Assembly (NCBI GenBank): GCA_963816145.1 | Contig: CAWFJP010000001.1 | Location: forward strand, 192,001 to 256,000 | Source: an uncultured delta proteobacterium | Lineage (GTDB): Bacteria; Desulfobacterota; Binatia; UBA9968 | Direction of reading: 5' to 3' | Length of the DNA: 64,000 nucleotides | Shown: positions 8,123 to 17,310 of the stretch, one piece after another | Numbering within the stretch: the first letter of the stretch is position 1 | Layout of the letters: each line of letters begins with the position of its first letter | Translations under genes and position numbers: made by a program | Notes under the pieces: model-generated | What the model saw: only the letters and a program-made list of their open reading frames with translations | What the model was told of the DNA's origin: nothing | Databases searched by the model: none

Positions 8123-9523
8123 TCAGCCCTGGGATGGCCTTGACTCTGAGGTGGCGGCGTCATAACGGCTCGGCGGTATGCACCGGCTTTCGAGAACGAG
8201 TTTAAACGCCCCGTGAGGTCCGAACGGAAAGCTTTGTTGCCGGCGGGGCCGAACCGCCGTGGCCGCATGGATGCTGAAGCGGCAATGGCGCAGCAGAGCC
8301 GCCAGGACCACTTTCATTTCGTAAAAAGCGAACGTTGCGCCCAGACAACGATGCGTCCCGCCGCCAAATGGCACGAATTCAAAAGGTGAATACTTGCGTT
8401 GGAGGAAGCGCTGGGGTTGGAACTCACCCGCCGCTGGATAGAGGTCCTCACGCATATGGACCAAGCTGGCGATCGACGCCACGCCATAGCCCGCCGGCAA
8501 CGAGTAGCCCAGAAATTGGAAGGGGCGGCGCAACAAGCGCGGCACCTCGGGCAATATCGGGCTCAATCGCAAGGTCTCGTTGCACACGGCATCCAGGTAA
8601 GGCAACGTCATAAGTTGCTTGAATTCGGCATCGTCTTCCACCGTCGCCAACTCGTCACATAAGTGCGCAAGCACTTCTGGGTGACGGTGCAACCAATAGA
8701 GCGCCCATGCCAACGCGCTTGCGAGCGTTTCGTGTCCGGCGGCCACGAGTGACACCAGCTGGTCGCGAATTTCCAAGTCGCTCAATCCGCTTCCATCTTC
8801 GTGCCGAACACTGAGCAGCAAGCCGAGAATGTCATCCTCGGAAGACGTGTGGCGAGCCTCGGCGATCAAGCTATAGACCGTGTCATCGAGCTGTTTCATG
8901 GCGCGGCAAAATTTCGCCCAAGGTCCGAATCCACCGAACTGATGCCGCAACATCGAAACAAATGTAATGGCGGGACTGGTGGTCTGTTGCACTGCGTGAA
9001 GAGAGGTTCTCAAGAGTGCCTTGCGATGTTCTTTGGCACCGAAAAAGACGCGCAAAATGATCTCGAAAGAGAGGGCTTGCATCGCTTCCTGGGCGACAAA
9101 CGGCTGCCCCATGGGCCACCCGGCCGCCGCCTCGGTGGCGATCGCCTGCATGGTCGAAGAAAACTGGACTACCTGACGGCCATGGAAACGAGGCATGAGC
9201 AGACGGCGCATGCGCAGGTGCGATACGCCGTTGGAGAGCATGAGAGACGAAGCCCCGAGAAACGGTTGCACGCTGGATTGGGCAAAAATGTCGAAAGTAT
9301 CGGGGTCGGCAGCAAAGATGGTTTCAATGCCCTCTGGCCGGCCCGTCACCACGAGAGGGCCAAACGGGGTGGGCATGAGAAACGGGTCGCCATAGAGACG
9401 CACGCAGCGGGCATAGAACCCACATGGGTCGCGCAAATAGCGAGCCACAACCAGCGGCATCCAACGCGGCCCTGGGGGAAAGCGGTCCACCACCTGCTCC
9501 CGATCACGAGATATGGCTGTCAT
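8123..9523 (-). CDS. Cytochrome P450
   Basis: AGHET (I-helix), ETLR (ExxR), FQPQRF, heme motif FGGGTHRCLG. Confidence 0.95.
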   Translation of the reverse strand: MTAISRDREQVVDRFPPGPRWMPLVVARYLRDPCGFYARCVRLYGDPFLMPTPFGPLVVTGRPEGIETIFAADPDTFDIFAQSSVQPFLGASSLMLSNGVSHLRMRRLLMPRFHGRQVVQFSSTMQAIATEAAAGWPMGQPFVAQEAMQALSFEIILRVFFGAKEHRKALLRTSLHAVQQTTSPAITFVSMLRHQFGGFGPWAKFCRAMKQLDDTVYSLIAEARHTSSEDDILGLLLSVRHEDGSGLSDLEIRDQLVSLVAAGHETLASALAWALYWLHRHPEVLAHLCDELATVEDDAEFKQLMTLPYLDAVCNETLRLSPILPEVPRLLRRPFQFLGYSLPAGYGVASIASLVHMREDLYPAAGEFQPQRFLQRKYSPFEFVPFGGGTHRCLGATFAFYEMKVVLAALLRHCRFSIHAATAVRPRRQQSFPFGPHGAFKLVLESRCIPPSRYDAATSESRPSQG

Positions 9524-9821
9524 GGAGAGCCCAGCGGTTTACCGCGAGCATGCCTATCGCCACGCACCGATACCGTGATGATGGACACTTTAGCAACGTT
9601 ACTGGATACGATCTGGACAGGGCTTGTCATCGCTTTTCTACTGCCGCTCCCAACCTTTTTTCTCAAGGGAGCAGAGCATGCACGGACCGGGTCGATACCT
9701 GCCAGACGCTACCGAAGAGATTCCCGACGTCAACGACCTTGCTGCACCGAAAGTTGTTTGCGATCCTAACCAAAAGTAGACTCCATGTCCACACGCCGTT
9801 GCCCACGGAGAAACGCCGCGC

Positions 9822-9988
9822 ATGAACTGGGCCCGGCTGCTCAAACGGGTCTTCGACATCGACATCGAACACTGCCCGAACTGCGGCCGCAGCTTGAAGA
9901 TCTTGCCGCGATCGAAGATCCGCCGGCGATCGACAAGATCCTCAGCCATCTGGGCCTACCGACCCGCGCCCCGCCGCGCTTCCCGGCT
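9822..9988 (+). pseudogene. IS91-family transposase C-terminal remnant, frameshifted
   Basis: MNWARLLKRVFDIDIEHCPNCGRSLKI, then a frameshift near 9903, then AAIEDPPAIDKILSHLGLPTRAPPR; the typical IS91-type C-terminal zinc-ribbon tail. Confidence 0.8.
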
Positions 9989-10322
9989 AACTCTTCAAAG
10001 GTTTTCCCTGCGCTCTCCATCGTCAGCTTCTCTATTATCGCATCAATAGCTCGTAACCGACCTCTCGCCATCGCTCGGCTTCCTGTGCCCGGCGCACCTG
10101 CGCTAAATGTACCACTGCTCCCAGACAGACTCTCCCATCGGTGATTTTTGGTTCGAGTCCTGAGCAGGCAGAGAATCCCTGCTTCTCCAAAGCCCCTTGC
10201 CAGCTCTTCCTCACTCCTGGGAGCTCAGGGCCTGCTAAAAACAGGTATTGTTTCCCACGATCAGCGGGGCGCTGTGTGTGTAATTCCGTATAGGCATTCC
10301 TGTTTATGCTGGTGGAATCTGT

Positions 10323-11333
10323 CTAACTCGGTTCTTTTCGGCTCGGAGACGGGACGACAATCGCCGCAGACGCACGCTCTAGACCGCACTTTGGCTCGGT
10401 CAGCCAATGGCTCAGATCGCGCTGCAGCAGATTGGAGAGCTTGGTCACGTCCTCCGCAAGCGTGTCTCGCAGCATCTGCTTGACGTCGGGAGCCAGAGGT
10501 GTTGGGCGCGTGCTAATCGTGTTCCACCGCGCCAACCGTTCCAGCCTAGATTTTTTACCGGTGGCTTTCTTCTTCTGGTCCATCTTCCAGATCAGGTCTA
10601 AGGTATCGACCACATGCGCCTTGCTCGCCAGAGGGGCGTAGAGCAACCTCTGTAGCCAATGATAGCGGTAGATACGGCTCCCGAGCTTCCGCTGAAATTT
10701 CGTTCTGCCGTCGTACTCAACCCCTATAAACTGAAGCACGTGTTTGTACACCGTCAGTGGGTCGCGCACGAGGTCGTCGAGGAGGAGAACAAGGCAGCGG
10801 TCGCGCCCGGCGAGTTGATAGAGGCGCTCGATCTGCAGTCCAAAGCTGGCGACCTCACGGTACATCAGTAGTTGGGGGGCAAAGCAGTGTTTGGGAATCC
10901 GCTCGCCTCGTGCTCTCATTTCCTGCAAACTCCAGGCGGTGGCAAAGTCCTCTACATCTTCCATGAAGGTGAAGCGCATCCGCAAATGATACGAGGCAAG
11001 CATGTCCAGCGGATTACGTAAGATGGCAATGAACCTGGCCTGTGGGTTGAGGCTCAAAATTCGCCGTAGGGCATCGGGAGAGTAGAGGTAAGAAACAGAC
11101 CCCTCTCCGATCGCCTTATGACTTTCCCGATAGTGAGAAAAGTAACGCGCCAAGTAGGCGGTCTCTAAGTCGTCGAGCGAGGCGCGCGACGCGAACAACG
11201 AGAAATAGTGTGGCTCCTTAGGCCGCGAGAAGCACACCTGCGGGTTATTTGCGAGGTAGTTGCTCAACGAAGTCGTGCCGCACCGCGGTGCCCCGATGAG
11301 GAAAAAATCCGGAAAACGCTCTGGCTTTGTCAA
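10323..11333 (-). CDS. PAPS-dependent sulfotransferase
   Basis: 5'-PSB PDFFLIGAPRCGTTSL, KEPHYF, GEGSVSY, 3'-PB ILRNPLD. Likely TTG start at 11333 with GGAGG RBS (ORF track starts at 11369). Confidence 0.9.
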   Translation of the reverse strand: MTKPERFPDFFLIGAPRCGTTSLSNYLANNPQVCFSRPKEPHYFSLFASRASLDDLETAYLARYFSHYRESHKAIGEGSVSYLYSPDALRRILSLNPQARFIAILRNPLDMLASYHLRMRFTFMEDVEDFATAWSLQEMRARGERIPKHCFAPQLLMYREVASFGLQIERLYQLAGRDRCLVLLLDDLVRDPLTVYKHVLQFIGVEYDGRTKFQRKLGSRIYRYHWLQRLLYAPLASKAHVVDTLDLIWKMDQKKKATGKKSRLERLARWNTISTRPTPLAPDVKQMLRDTLAEDVTKLSNLLQRDLSHWLTEPKCGLERASAAIVVPSPSRKEPS

Positions 11334-11775
11334 GATGTTCCCTCCGCTAGTAATGCTGTCCAAATGCATAATAGATGTAGGACGTGCGCAGCGCGCCCCC
11401 CCCGGTGGGTACTCCGCGCCCTAAAAAGCTGCCCACCGCCTCGTCGTTCACCGCCTGTTTCAATTCAGCTCGCTCGGAGGCGGCGGGCCAAAATTTTGCT
11501 TGTGGTGTAATCTACCGCACTGCGCTGTTCAGCGCTACCCCGACGAACGGGCCATGATCGTTGTGAAGTCTGCCCGGCTCTCGAACTCCGAATAAAAACT
11601 GCCGATCTTACTGTTCTTGCTCAGATGTATGAACCGTGGCGGTTGCCACGGAGATCAGCCCAATCCAAGTGGCGCCCACTATGTCTCATGTGCATGGGTT
11701 CGGGCGCTTCGGAGCGACGGGCGCCGTCGACGCGGGTGCCGGGATTCCTTGCTCCTTCCGCCGGAATCCGAGATA

Positions 11776-12570
11776 ATGCGAGGCATGCTTGACGTGGCGT
11801 CGGTGACGAGCACCGTATGTGAACTCTTCGGGATTCCCAGACCGGCCGATTGCGTCGCGCCCCCATTCAGCGAGGTCGCTGCATTCGCGGCGCGTCGAAC
11901 CGTGACGAAGGCACTCGTGTTCGCAGCCGACGCGATCGGTGCGCACATGGTCCGCTCATACGCTGAGGCCTTTGAGCCGGTCGCGCGCCACGCACCAACA
12001 TCGGTTGAAGCTTGCGCCGTGATGCCCTCGGTCACACCCGTCTGCTTCGCATCGATGTTCACGGGCGCCCCTCCGGACACCCATGGCATCCGCAAGTCCG
12101 AAAAGCCGACGCTGACCTGCGACACCCTCTTCGACGCGCTCTCGCGGGCTGGCCACCGTGTCGCCATAGTGGCCGTGAAGAACTCCTCAATCGATCTGAT
12201 CTTCCGGAATCGGAGGATTGACTACTTCACCGAGACCTACGACGAGGAGGTGGTTGAGCGGACGCTCAACCTCGTCGCAGCGAACCAGCATGACTTCATT
12301 CTGGCTTACCAGCAGGAGTACGACGACAAGATGCACGCCACGTTACCACGGAGTCCAGAGGCGCTGCGCGCGATGGCCAACCACGTACGCAACTTCGATC
12401 GGGTCGCTCGCGCGGCACGCGAAAGGTGGGCTACCATGTCACACACCGTTGCATTCGTGTCAGATCACGGCACGCACATCGATCCATCGACGGGGCGTGG
12501 GACGCACGGCAGCAACCTGGCGGACGACCTCGAGGTGCGTCTCTTCTGGGGAGTTCACTTCCCGGTCTAA
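11776..12570 (+). CDS. Alkaline phosphatase superfamily protein (nucleotide pyrophosphatase/phosphodiesterase-like)
   Basis: VFAADAIG, PSVTPVCFASMFTGAPPDTHGI, D-x3-H (DDKMH), SDHG and HG metal ligands. Confidence 0.85.
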   Translation: MRGMLDVASVTSTVCELFGIPRPADCVAPPFSEVAAFAARRTVTKALVFAADAIGAHMVRSYAEAFEPVARHAPTSVEACAVMPSVTPVCFASMFTGAPPDTHGIRKSEKPTLTCDTLFDALSRAGHRVAIVAVKNSSIDLIFRNRRIDYFTETYDEEVVERTLNLVAANQHDFILAYQQEYDDKMHATLPRSPEALRAMANHVRNFDRVARAARERWATMSHTVAFVSDHGTHIDPSTGRGTHGSNLADDLEVRLFWGVHFPV

Positions 12571-12622
12571 CGCTCGCAGAACCCGAATGGCGACGTAAAG
12601 CGCAGATAATGCGTGGCAACCT

Positions 12623-12673
12623 AACCAACAAGGATTGAGACGACTTCTGAAGTTGTCTCAATCCTTGTTGGTT
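12623..12673. repeat. Long near-perfect inverted repeat (hairpin)
   Basis: AACCAACAAGGATTGAGAC-gacttctgaagtt-GTCTCAATCCTTGTTGGTT; 19-bp perfect arms plus inner pairing. Confidence 0.85.
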
Positions 12674-12680
12674 GTGCTAG

Positions 12681-14262
12681 GAGTTTGCGCCGCAGAAAAA
12701 TATTCTTGTCTCTGATTCGCAAGGGCGTATAAGGAAAAGAAATGTTGCGCTGAGTGTGAGGTGGAGATGTCGACATCTTTTCTTCCCTACGAGCCGAATC
12801 AGACATTTTTGCTACCGCCCTCGCCGTCGGAGTGGTTGGCCGAAGATCATCTGGTGTATTTCGTCAGCGAGATCATCGATCGGTTGGAGTTGGGGAAGTT
12901 TTATGCCCGCTACGAAGGAGACGGGCGGCGAAACCAGCCGTACGATCCAGCGCTGTTGGTCAAGGTGTTGGTGTACGGGTATGCCACCCGAGTCTTCTCT
13001 TCGCGCCAGCTGGCGCGAAAGCTTTACGAGGACGTAGGGTTTCGGGTCTTGGGAGCAGGCAATTTTCCATCGCACCGAACGATCTGTGAATTTCGGATGA
13101 GGCATTTGCCAGAGCTTAAAGAGTTGTTTGTCGCGGTGGCGCGGCTGGCCAAAGAGATGGGATTGGTCAAGCTTGGGACGGTGGCGTTGGATGGGACCAA
13201 AGTCAAAGCGCAGGCGAGCAAGCACAAAGCGATGAGCTACGGGCGGATGAAGGAACAAGAACAAAAGCTTAAAGCGGAGATCGAAGCGCTGTTGGAGCGA
13301 GCGCAACAGACCGACGTTCAAGAGGACGCACAATGGGGAGCGGATCAGAGCGAAGAGCCGCTGCCCCAGGAGCTCAAAAGACGGCAAGATCGTTTGGCCA
13401 AGATTGAAGCGGCCAAGCAACGCTTGGAAGAGCGCCAAGCTCAAGCCGATCGGGAGCGGGGGCGCCATCCCGATGATGAGCAGCGCCGAGGGGATGGAGC
13501 CGGGCGGCCGTTCAAGCGGCCCTTCGGGGTACCCCAGGACAAAGCGCAGGATAACTTCACCGATCCCCAGTCGCGCATCATGAAGATGGGCGGGAGTTTT
13601 GAACAGTGCTACAACGCGCAGGTGGTGGTCGATGGTGACAGTCAGCTGATCGTGGCGATTGGGCTGGGCAACAACGCGGCGGACAACGAGCAATTGGTGC
13701 CGATGGTGGAAGCGGTTAAGGAGAATCTCGGCCTTCTGCCCAAACGAGTGTTGGGCGATGCGGGTTTTCGCTCCGAAGATGGCTTTGCGAAACTGGCAAC
13801 GCAAAATTATGAGGGGATGGAAGTGTTGGTGGCGTTGGGGCGGGAGGGAAAAGATCAAGCGGCGATTGATCCCAAGCTGTATCCCGCTACGGTGCGCATG
13901 GCCGAGCGGCTGGCCAGCAAAGAAGGTCAAGCGCACTATCGGCGGCGCAAAGCGATCGTGGAGCCGGTATTTGGTTGGATCAAGCATGCGATGGGGTTTC
14001 GTCAATTCAGTTTACGAGGGATCGACAAAGTCGCGGGCGAGTGGGGCTTGGTGTGTCTGGCGCTCAACCTGCGACGCATGTGGGCGCTCCAATTCTAAAT
14101 ATCCACGGCTTGCTGAGGTGTCATAGGCATGCGCGACGCCATTTTTGAGTTGGTTGTGGTTCGCGCTGCACCAAGCGGTTAACCGAGAGGTAAAATCTTG
14201 CTCTGCTGTTGCTGCCATCACATCCGGCCTGCTAAAAACGATCGTTTCTGCAGCGCAAACTC
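12681..14262 (+). mobile_element. IS1182-family insertion sequence with 18-bp terminal inverted repeats and flanking CTAG
   Basis: Left end GAGTTTGCGCCGCAGAAA; right end (reverse complement) GAGTTTGCGCTGCAGAAA, one mismatch. CTAG at 12677-12680 and 14263-14266. Confidence 0.9.
12767..14098 (+). CDS. IS1182-family DDE transposase
   Basis: DUF772-like N-terminus (LLPPSPSEWLAEDHL, YDPALLVKVLVYGY, SSR), ALDGTK, TDPQSRIMK, YNAQ, DAGF, RRKAIVEPVFGWIK. Confidence 0.93.
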   Translation: MSTSFLPYEPNQTFLLPPSPSEWLAEDHLVYFVSEIIDRLELGKFYARYEGDGRRNQPYDPALLVKVLVYGYATRVFSSRQLARKLYEDVGFRVLGAGNFPSHRTICEFRMRHLPELKELFVAVARLAKEMGLVKLGTVALDGTKVKAQASKHKAMSYGRMKEQEQKLKAEIEALLERAQQTDVQEDAQWGADQSEEPLPQELKRRQDRLAKIEAAKQRLEERQAQADRERGRHPDDEQRRGDGAGRPFKRPFGVPQDKAQDNFTDPQSRIMKMGGSFEQCYNAQVVVDGDSQLIVAIGLGNNAADNEQLVPMVEAVKENLGLLPKRVLGDAGFRSEDGFAKLATQNYEGMEVLVALGREGKDQAAIDPKLYPATVRMAERLASKEGQAHYRRRKAIVEPVFGWIKHAMGFRQFSLRGIDKVAGEWGLVCLALNLRRMWALQF

Positions 14263-14319
14263 CTAGGGCAAAATAACTGGGCATGTCAAGGTGAATTGCT
14301 GCACTCGCGCTATGAAGAC

Positions 14320-14448
14320 GTGGACCTCGCCACCGTCAAGGAGATATTGGGACAACGGGAAATCGAGATGACCTTCTTAAGGTATTCCCACCTAGCACCC
14401 GCGCACATAGCGAAAGCCGAGGATAAGCTTTGGGGAAACCTTGAATAA
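14320..14448 (+). pseudogene. Tyrosine integrase C-terminal remnant
   Basis: VDLATVKEILGQREIEMTFLRYSHLAPAHIAKAEDKL matches the integrase box II pattern (LGH-x5-T-x2-Y), with His changed to Gln and one extra residue; lies next to the tmRNA 3' end. Confidence 0.8.
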
Positions 14449-14605
14449 TGCGGTGCAGAACCGCAAACAGCAGGGCCAAGAACCCCGCGCTTTGGCTTTG
14501 AACCTGGCACAAAACAGGAACATTTTCCTGGTGAGAAGCGGTCGCGGACTATCTGTGGCTGAGCCGAAAGAGCCTATAAATCAAGCTCTTAGCCAATCTG
14601 CCGAT

Positions 14606-14958
14606 TGGTGGAGGCGGGGGGAATTGAACCCCCGTCCGAGAGTCTTCCATCAGCTATGACTACATGCTTAGCCGTCAATTTGATTTCGCTTTTCGAGCCC
14701 CCAACGGCAGGGTTTCTGAAGCTATCCGGCTTAGTTTTCGGCCTTAGCCCCTCCGGCAGAAGAATCGGCCTATCCCACTGAATGACATCTTATCCGGCCT
14801 CGCGGGAGAAAACCGGTAAGACGCTAACCGCGATTAAGCAGCTAGTTGATATTCAAAATCGTCTGCGTTTATATTTGCAGATCTGTTTGTTTAACGGGAT
14901 AACAGAACCCCGGCATGCCACTCTGACTTCCTACCCCCGTCGAAACCACGTCGCCCCC
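14606..14958 (-). ncRNA. ssrA: tmRNA; tag peptide (A)ADDFEYQLAA
   Basis: 5' GGGGGCGA...TTCGACGGGG, 3' GGTTCAATTCCCCCCGCCTCCACCA; tag frame 14866-14834 ends LAA-stop; adjacent to smpB. Confidence 0.95.
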
Positions 14959-15027
14959 TTATGATTGATAGAAGATAGTGTAGCGTTTTGCAGTGGGTGA
15001 TACTAGACCAGGCCTTCGAACGAAGGC

Positions 15028-15127
15028 GGTTCTAGGGTTCAAAGGTTCATGCGTTCAACGTCGGACAACGGAACGATAAATTCCACCGCAGCACCTACTT
15101 TGAACGCTTGAACTTTTGAACCTTGAA
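15028..15127. repeat. Hairpin of inverted 8-nt tandem units (GGTTCAAA-like)
   Basis: ggttctag ggttcaaa ggttcatg cgttcaac ... tttgaacg cttgaact tttgaacc ttgaa. Confidence 0.75.
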
Positions 15128-15146
15128 GCGGCGCCGAAGGCGCCGC

Positions 15147-15623
15147 TTACCGCCTGGCGCGGATGGACCGGTCCATTTCGCGGGCCGCCTCGTGGCGCTT
15201 GAGGGTTTCGCGTTTGTCGTAATTCTTTTTGCCGCGGGCAAGCCCTAGTTCGACCTTGGCCCGGCCATTTTTGAAATACAGCTTGAGGGGGATCAGCGTC
15301 AGGCCGCGTTCCTTGGTCTTGCCGGTGAGCCGTTCGATCTCGCGTTCGTGCAGGAGCAGTTTGCGCAGCCGTGTCGGCTCGTGGTTGAACTGGTTCGCTC
15401 CGGGATAGGCGCTTATATGAGAGTTGACGAGGAACGCTTCGCCCTTATGAATGCGCGCGTAGCTATCGACCAAATTGGCCTTGCCGTCGCGCAGCGATTT
15501 GACTTCGCTGCCGACCAGCACCAAGCCCGCTTCGAAAACCTCGTCGATGAAATAGTTGTGGCGCGCCTGGCGATTGACACATATGATTTGCTCGCCGGCG
15601 GACGCGGATTTTTTAGTTGCCAT
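15147..15623 (-). CDS. smpB: SsrA-binding protein
   Basis: NRQARHNY, EAGLVLVGSEVKSLR, RKLLLH, GKKNYDKRE. Confidence 0.97.
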   Translation of the reverse strand: MATKKSASAGEQIICVNRQARHNYFIDEVFEAGLVLVGSEVKSLRDGKANLVDSYARIHKGEAFLVNSHISAYPGANQFNHEPTRLRKLLLHEREIERLTGKTKERGLTLIPLKLYFKNGRAKVELGLARGKKNYDKRETLKRHEAAREMDRSIRARR

Positions 15624-16272
15624 TGATTCGGTACTTACTATCGTCCGGCGTGATCAGACCGCTCGAGGTAATCAGCTTGAGCGCCTCTTCCATCGTCATG
15701 TTGAGCACCGTCACCTCGTTGATCGGCACGAGCAAAAAAAAGCCGGCGGTCGGGTTGGGCGTCGTCGGCACAAAGACATTGACCAATTGGGCGTTCTTTT
15801 TTTCCTCGAGGGGAGCCCACGCCCGGCCCATGGCGAATCCCACTGTATACACGCCGGTGCGGGGATATTCGATCATGACGACCTGGCGGTTGGCCTGGGA
15901 CTGGCCGAGAAAGGTCTGCACGAGTTTTTGCACCGCGCTGTAGATGCCACGAAAAATCGGAATCTGCACTAGGATACTTTCCCAGGCGGCAAGGAAGCGC
16001 CGGGTGGCGACACCGCGGGTGAGAATCCCCAGGAAGAGAATCAATAGCAGCGTGACTAACGCGCCCAGCTTCGGAATGGCAAACGGCAAGTAGAAGTTGG
16101 GATGCAGGGCGTCGGGCATGACCGCCAAAACGCTGTCGAGCAAATCGATCACCCAACCGATAAACCAAAGCGTGATCGCCACCGGCAGAAATACCAGCAA
16201 GCCGGCGAGGAAATAGCGCTGCAAGCTGTCACGCCAACGGGTCTTAGGTTTTGCTGGAATTTCTTCTTCCAC
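15613..16272 (-). CDS. DUF502 membrane protein
   Basis: YFLAGLLVFLPVAIT, IEYPR, VFVPTTPNPTAGF. Confidence 0.9.
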   Translation of the reverse strand: MEEEIPAKPKTRWRDSLQRYFLAGLLVFLPVAITLWFIGWVIDLLDSVLAVMPDALHPNFYLPFAIPKLGALVTLLLILFLGILTRGVATRRFLAAWESILVQIPIFRGIYSAVQKLVQTFLGQSQANRQVVMIEYPRTGVYTVGFAMGRAWAPLEEKKNAQLVNVFVPTTPNPTAGFFLLVPINEVTVLNMTMEEALKLITSSGLITPDDSKYRINGN

Positions 16273-16274
16273 GG

Positions 16275-17129
16275 TTACTGTCCGCTAATCTTGATGATTC
16301 GATTGTCGATCAAGCGCGCCCGGCCGAAGCGCACCGCCAAGGCGAGCACCGCCGTGCCTTGGACCCGATCGACTTCCTGCAGCGAGTCGGCATCGCAGAG
16401 CTTGGCGTATTCGACTTGCGCCAGCGGCTCCCGAGCAAGGTCGGCGGCAACGACACGGAGCAATGGCGCGGCGCAAGTCTCGCCGCGCCGTGCCAGCTTT
16501 TCCGCCTTGCACAGCGCCCGCGACAAACAAACCGCAGCGCGCCTTTCTTCAGGTGTCAGATAGGCGTTGCGCGAACTCATGGCCAGACCGTCGGCTTCGC
16601 GCACGATCGGATGGCCGACGATCTCCACGTCCATGCTCAAATCGCGCACCAAACGGCGCACCACCTGGAGCTGCTGAAAGTCTTTCTCGCCAAAAACAGC
16701 AACATGCGGCTGAACAATATTAAACAGCTTGGCGACCACCGTGGCGACGCCGCGAAAATGACCGGGACGCACCGCGCCGCAGAGCGGCAAGCTCAAATTC
16801 TCCACTTCGATATGCGTCTGATAGCCATCGGGATAAATCTCCGCCACGGTCGGGTGAAACAACACATCGGCGCCCAGGCTTTCCAGCAGCGCTCGGTCGC
16901 GCTGCAGGTCGCGCGGATATTTGGCGAAATCCTCGCTCGGCCCGAACTGCATCGGGTTGACGAAGATCGACACCACCACGCGCTCGCCCCTGGTTTTGGC
17001 GTCGCGCACGAGACCGAGATGGCCCTCGTGCAACGACCCCATGGTCGGCACAAAGACGATGCGGCGCAATTGGCGCCGCTCGCCCTCGCTCCAGGCGCGC
17101 ATGTCGGCGATCTGTTCGATGATCTGCAT
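16275..17129 (-). CDS. panC: Pantoate-beta-alanine ligase
   Basis: VPTMGSLHEGH, SIFVNPMQF, RPGHFRGV, FGEKD, GLAMSSRN, RLIDN. Confidence 0.97.
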   Translation of the reverse strand: MQIIEQIADMRAWSEGERRQLRRIVFVPTMGSLHEGHLGLVRDAKTRGERVVVSIFVNPMQFGPSEDFAKYPRDLQRDRALLESLGADVLFHPTVAEIYPDGYQTHIEVENLSLPLCGAVRPGHFRGVATVVAKLFNIVQPHVAVFGEKDFQQLQVVRRLVRDLSMDVEIVGHPIVREADGLAMSSRNAYLTPEERRAAVCLSRALCKAEKLARRGETCAAPLLRVVAADLAREPLAQVEYAKLCDADSLQEVDRVQGTAVLALAVRFGRARLIDNRIIKISGQ

Positions 17130-17162
17130 GATCGTTAATTCACCCTGTTGGAGTGTTAGCTG

Positions 17163-17242
17163 GTGCTTCGCTTCGCAAGGATCCCTCTCGACGTACGGAT
17201 GACGGCTACTCTATTGGTCATTTCGAGCGAAGCGAGAAATCT
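17163..17242. repeat. Palindromic intergenic repeat (GTCATTTCGAGCGAAGCGAGAAATCT family)
   Basis: A related copy (GTCATTTCGACCGCAGGGAGAAATC) is at 55507. Confidence 0.6.
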
Positions 17243-17310
17243 ATTCGACCTCGCTGCCGCAGGGCTCGTGTGAATCCCAACCGCAACCGAGTGTTGGCAA
17301 CACTCCGATC

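Noticed and set aside
9577-9769. Possible small membrane ORF (MMDTLATLLDTIW...)
   Set aside because: No recognisable family, and it lies in degraded DNA beside the IS91 remnant.
12623-12673. Hairpin considered as an attC site or CRISPR repeat
   Set aside because: Single copy with no spacers; lacks a proper GTTRRRY end and the extrahelical bases of attC.
12812-14005. 397-aa minus-strand ORF
   Set aside because: Antisense shadow of the IS1182 transposase.
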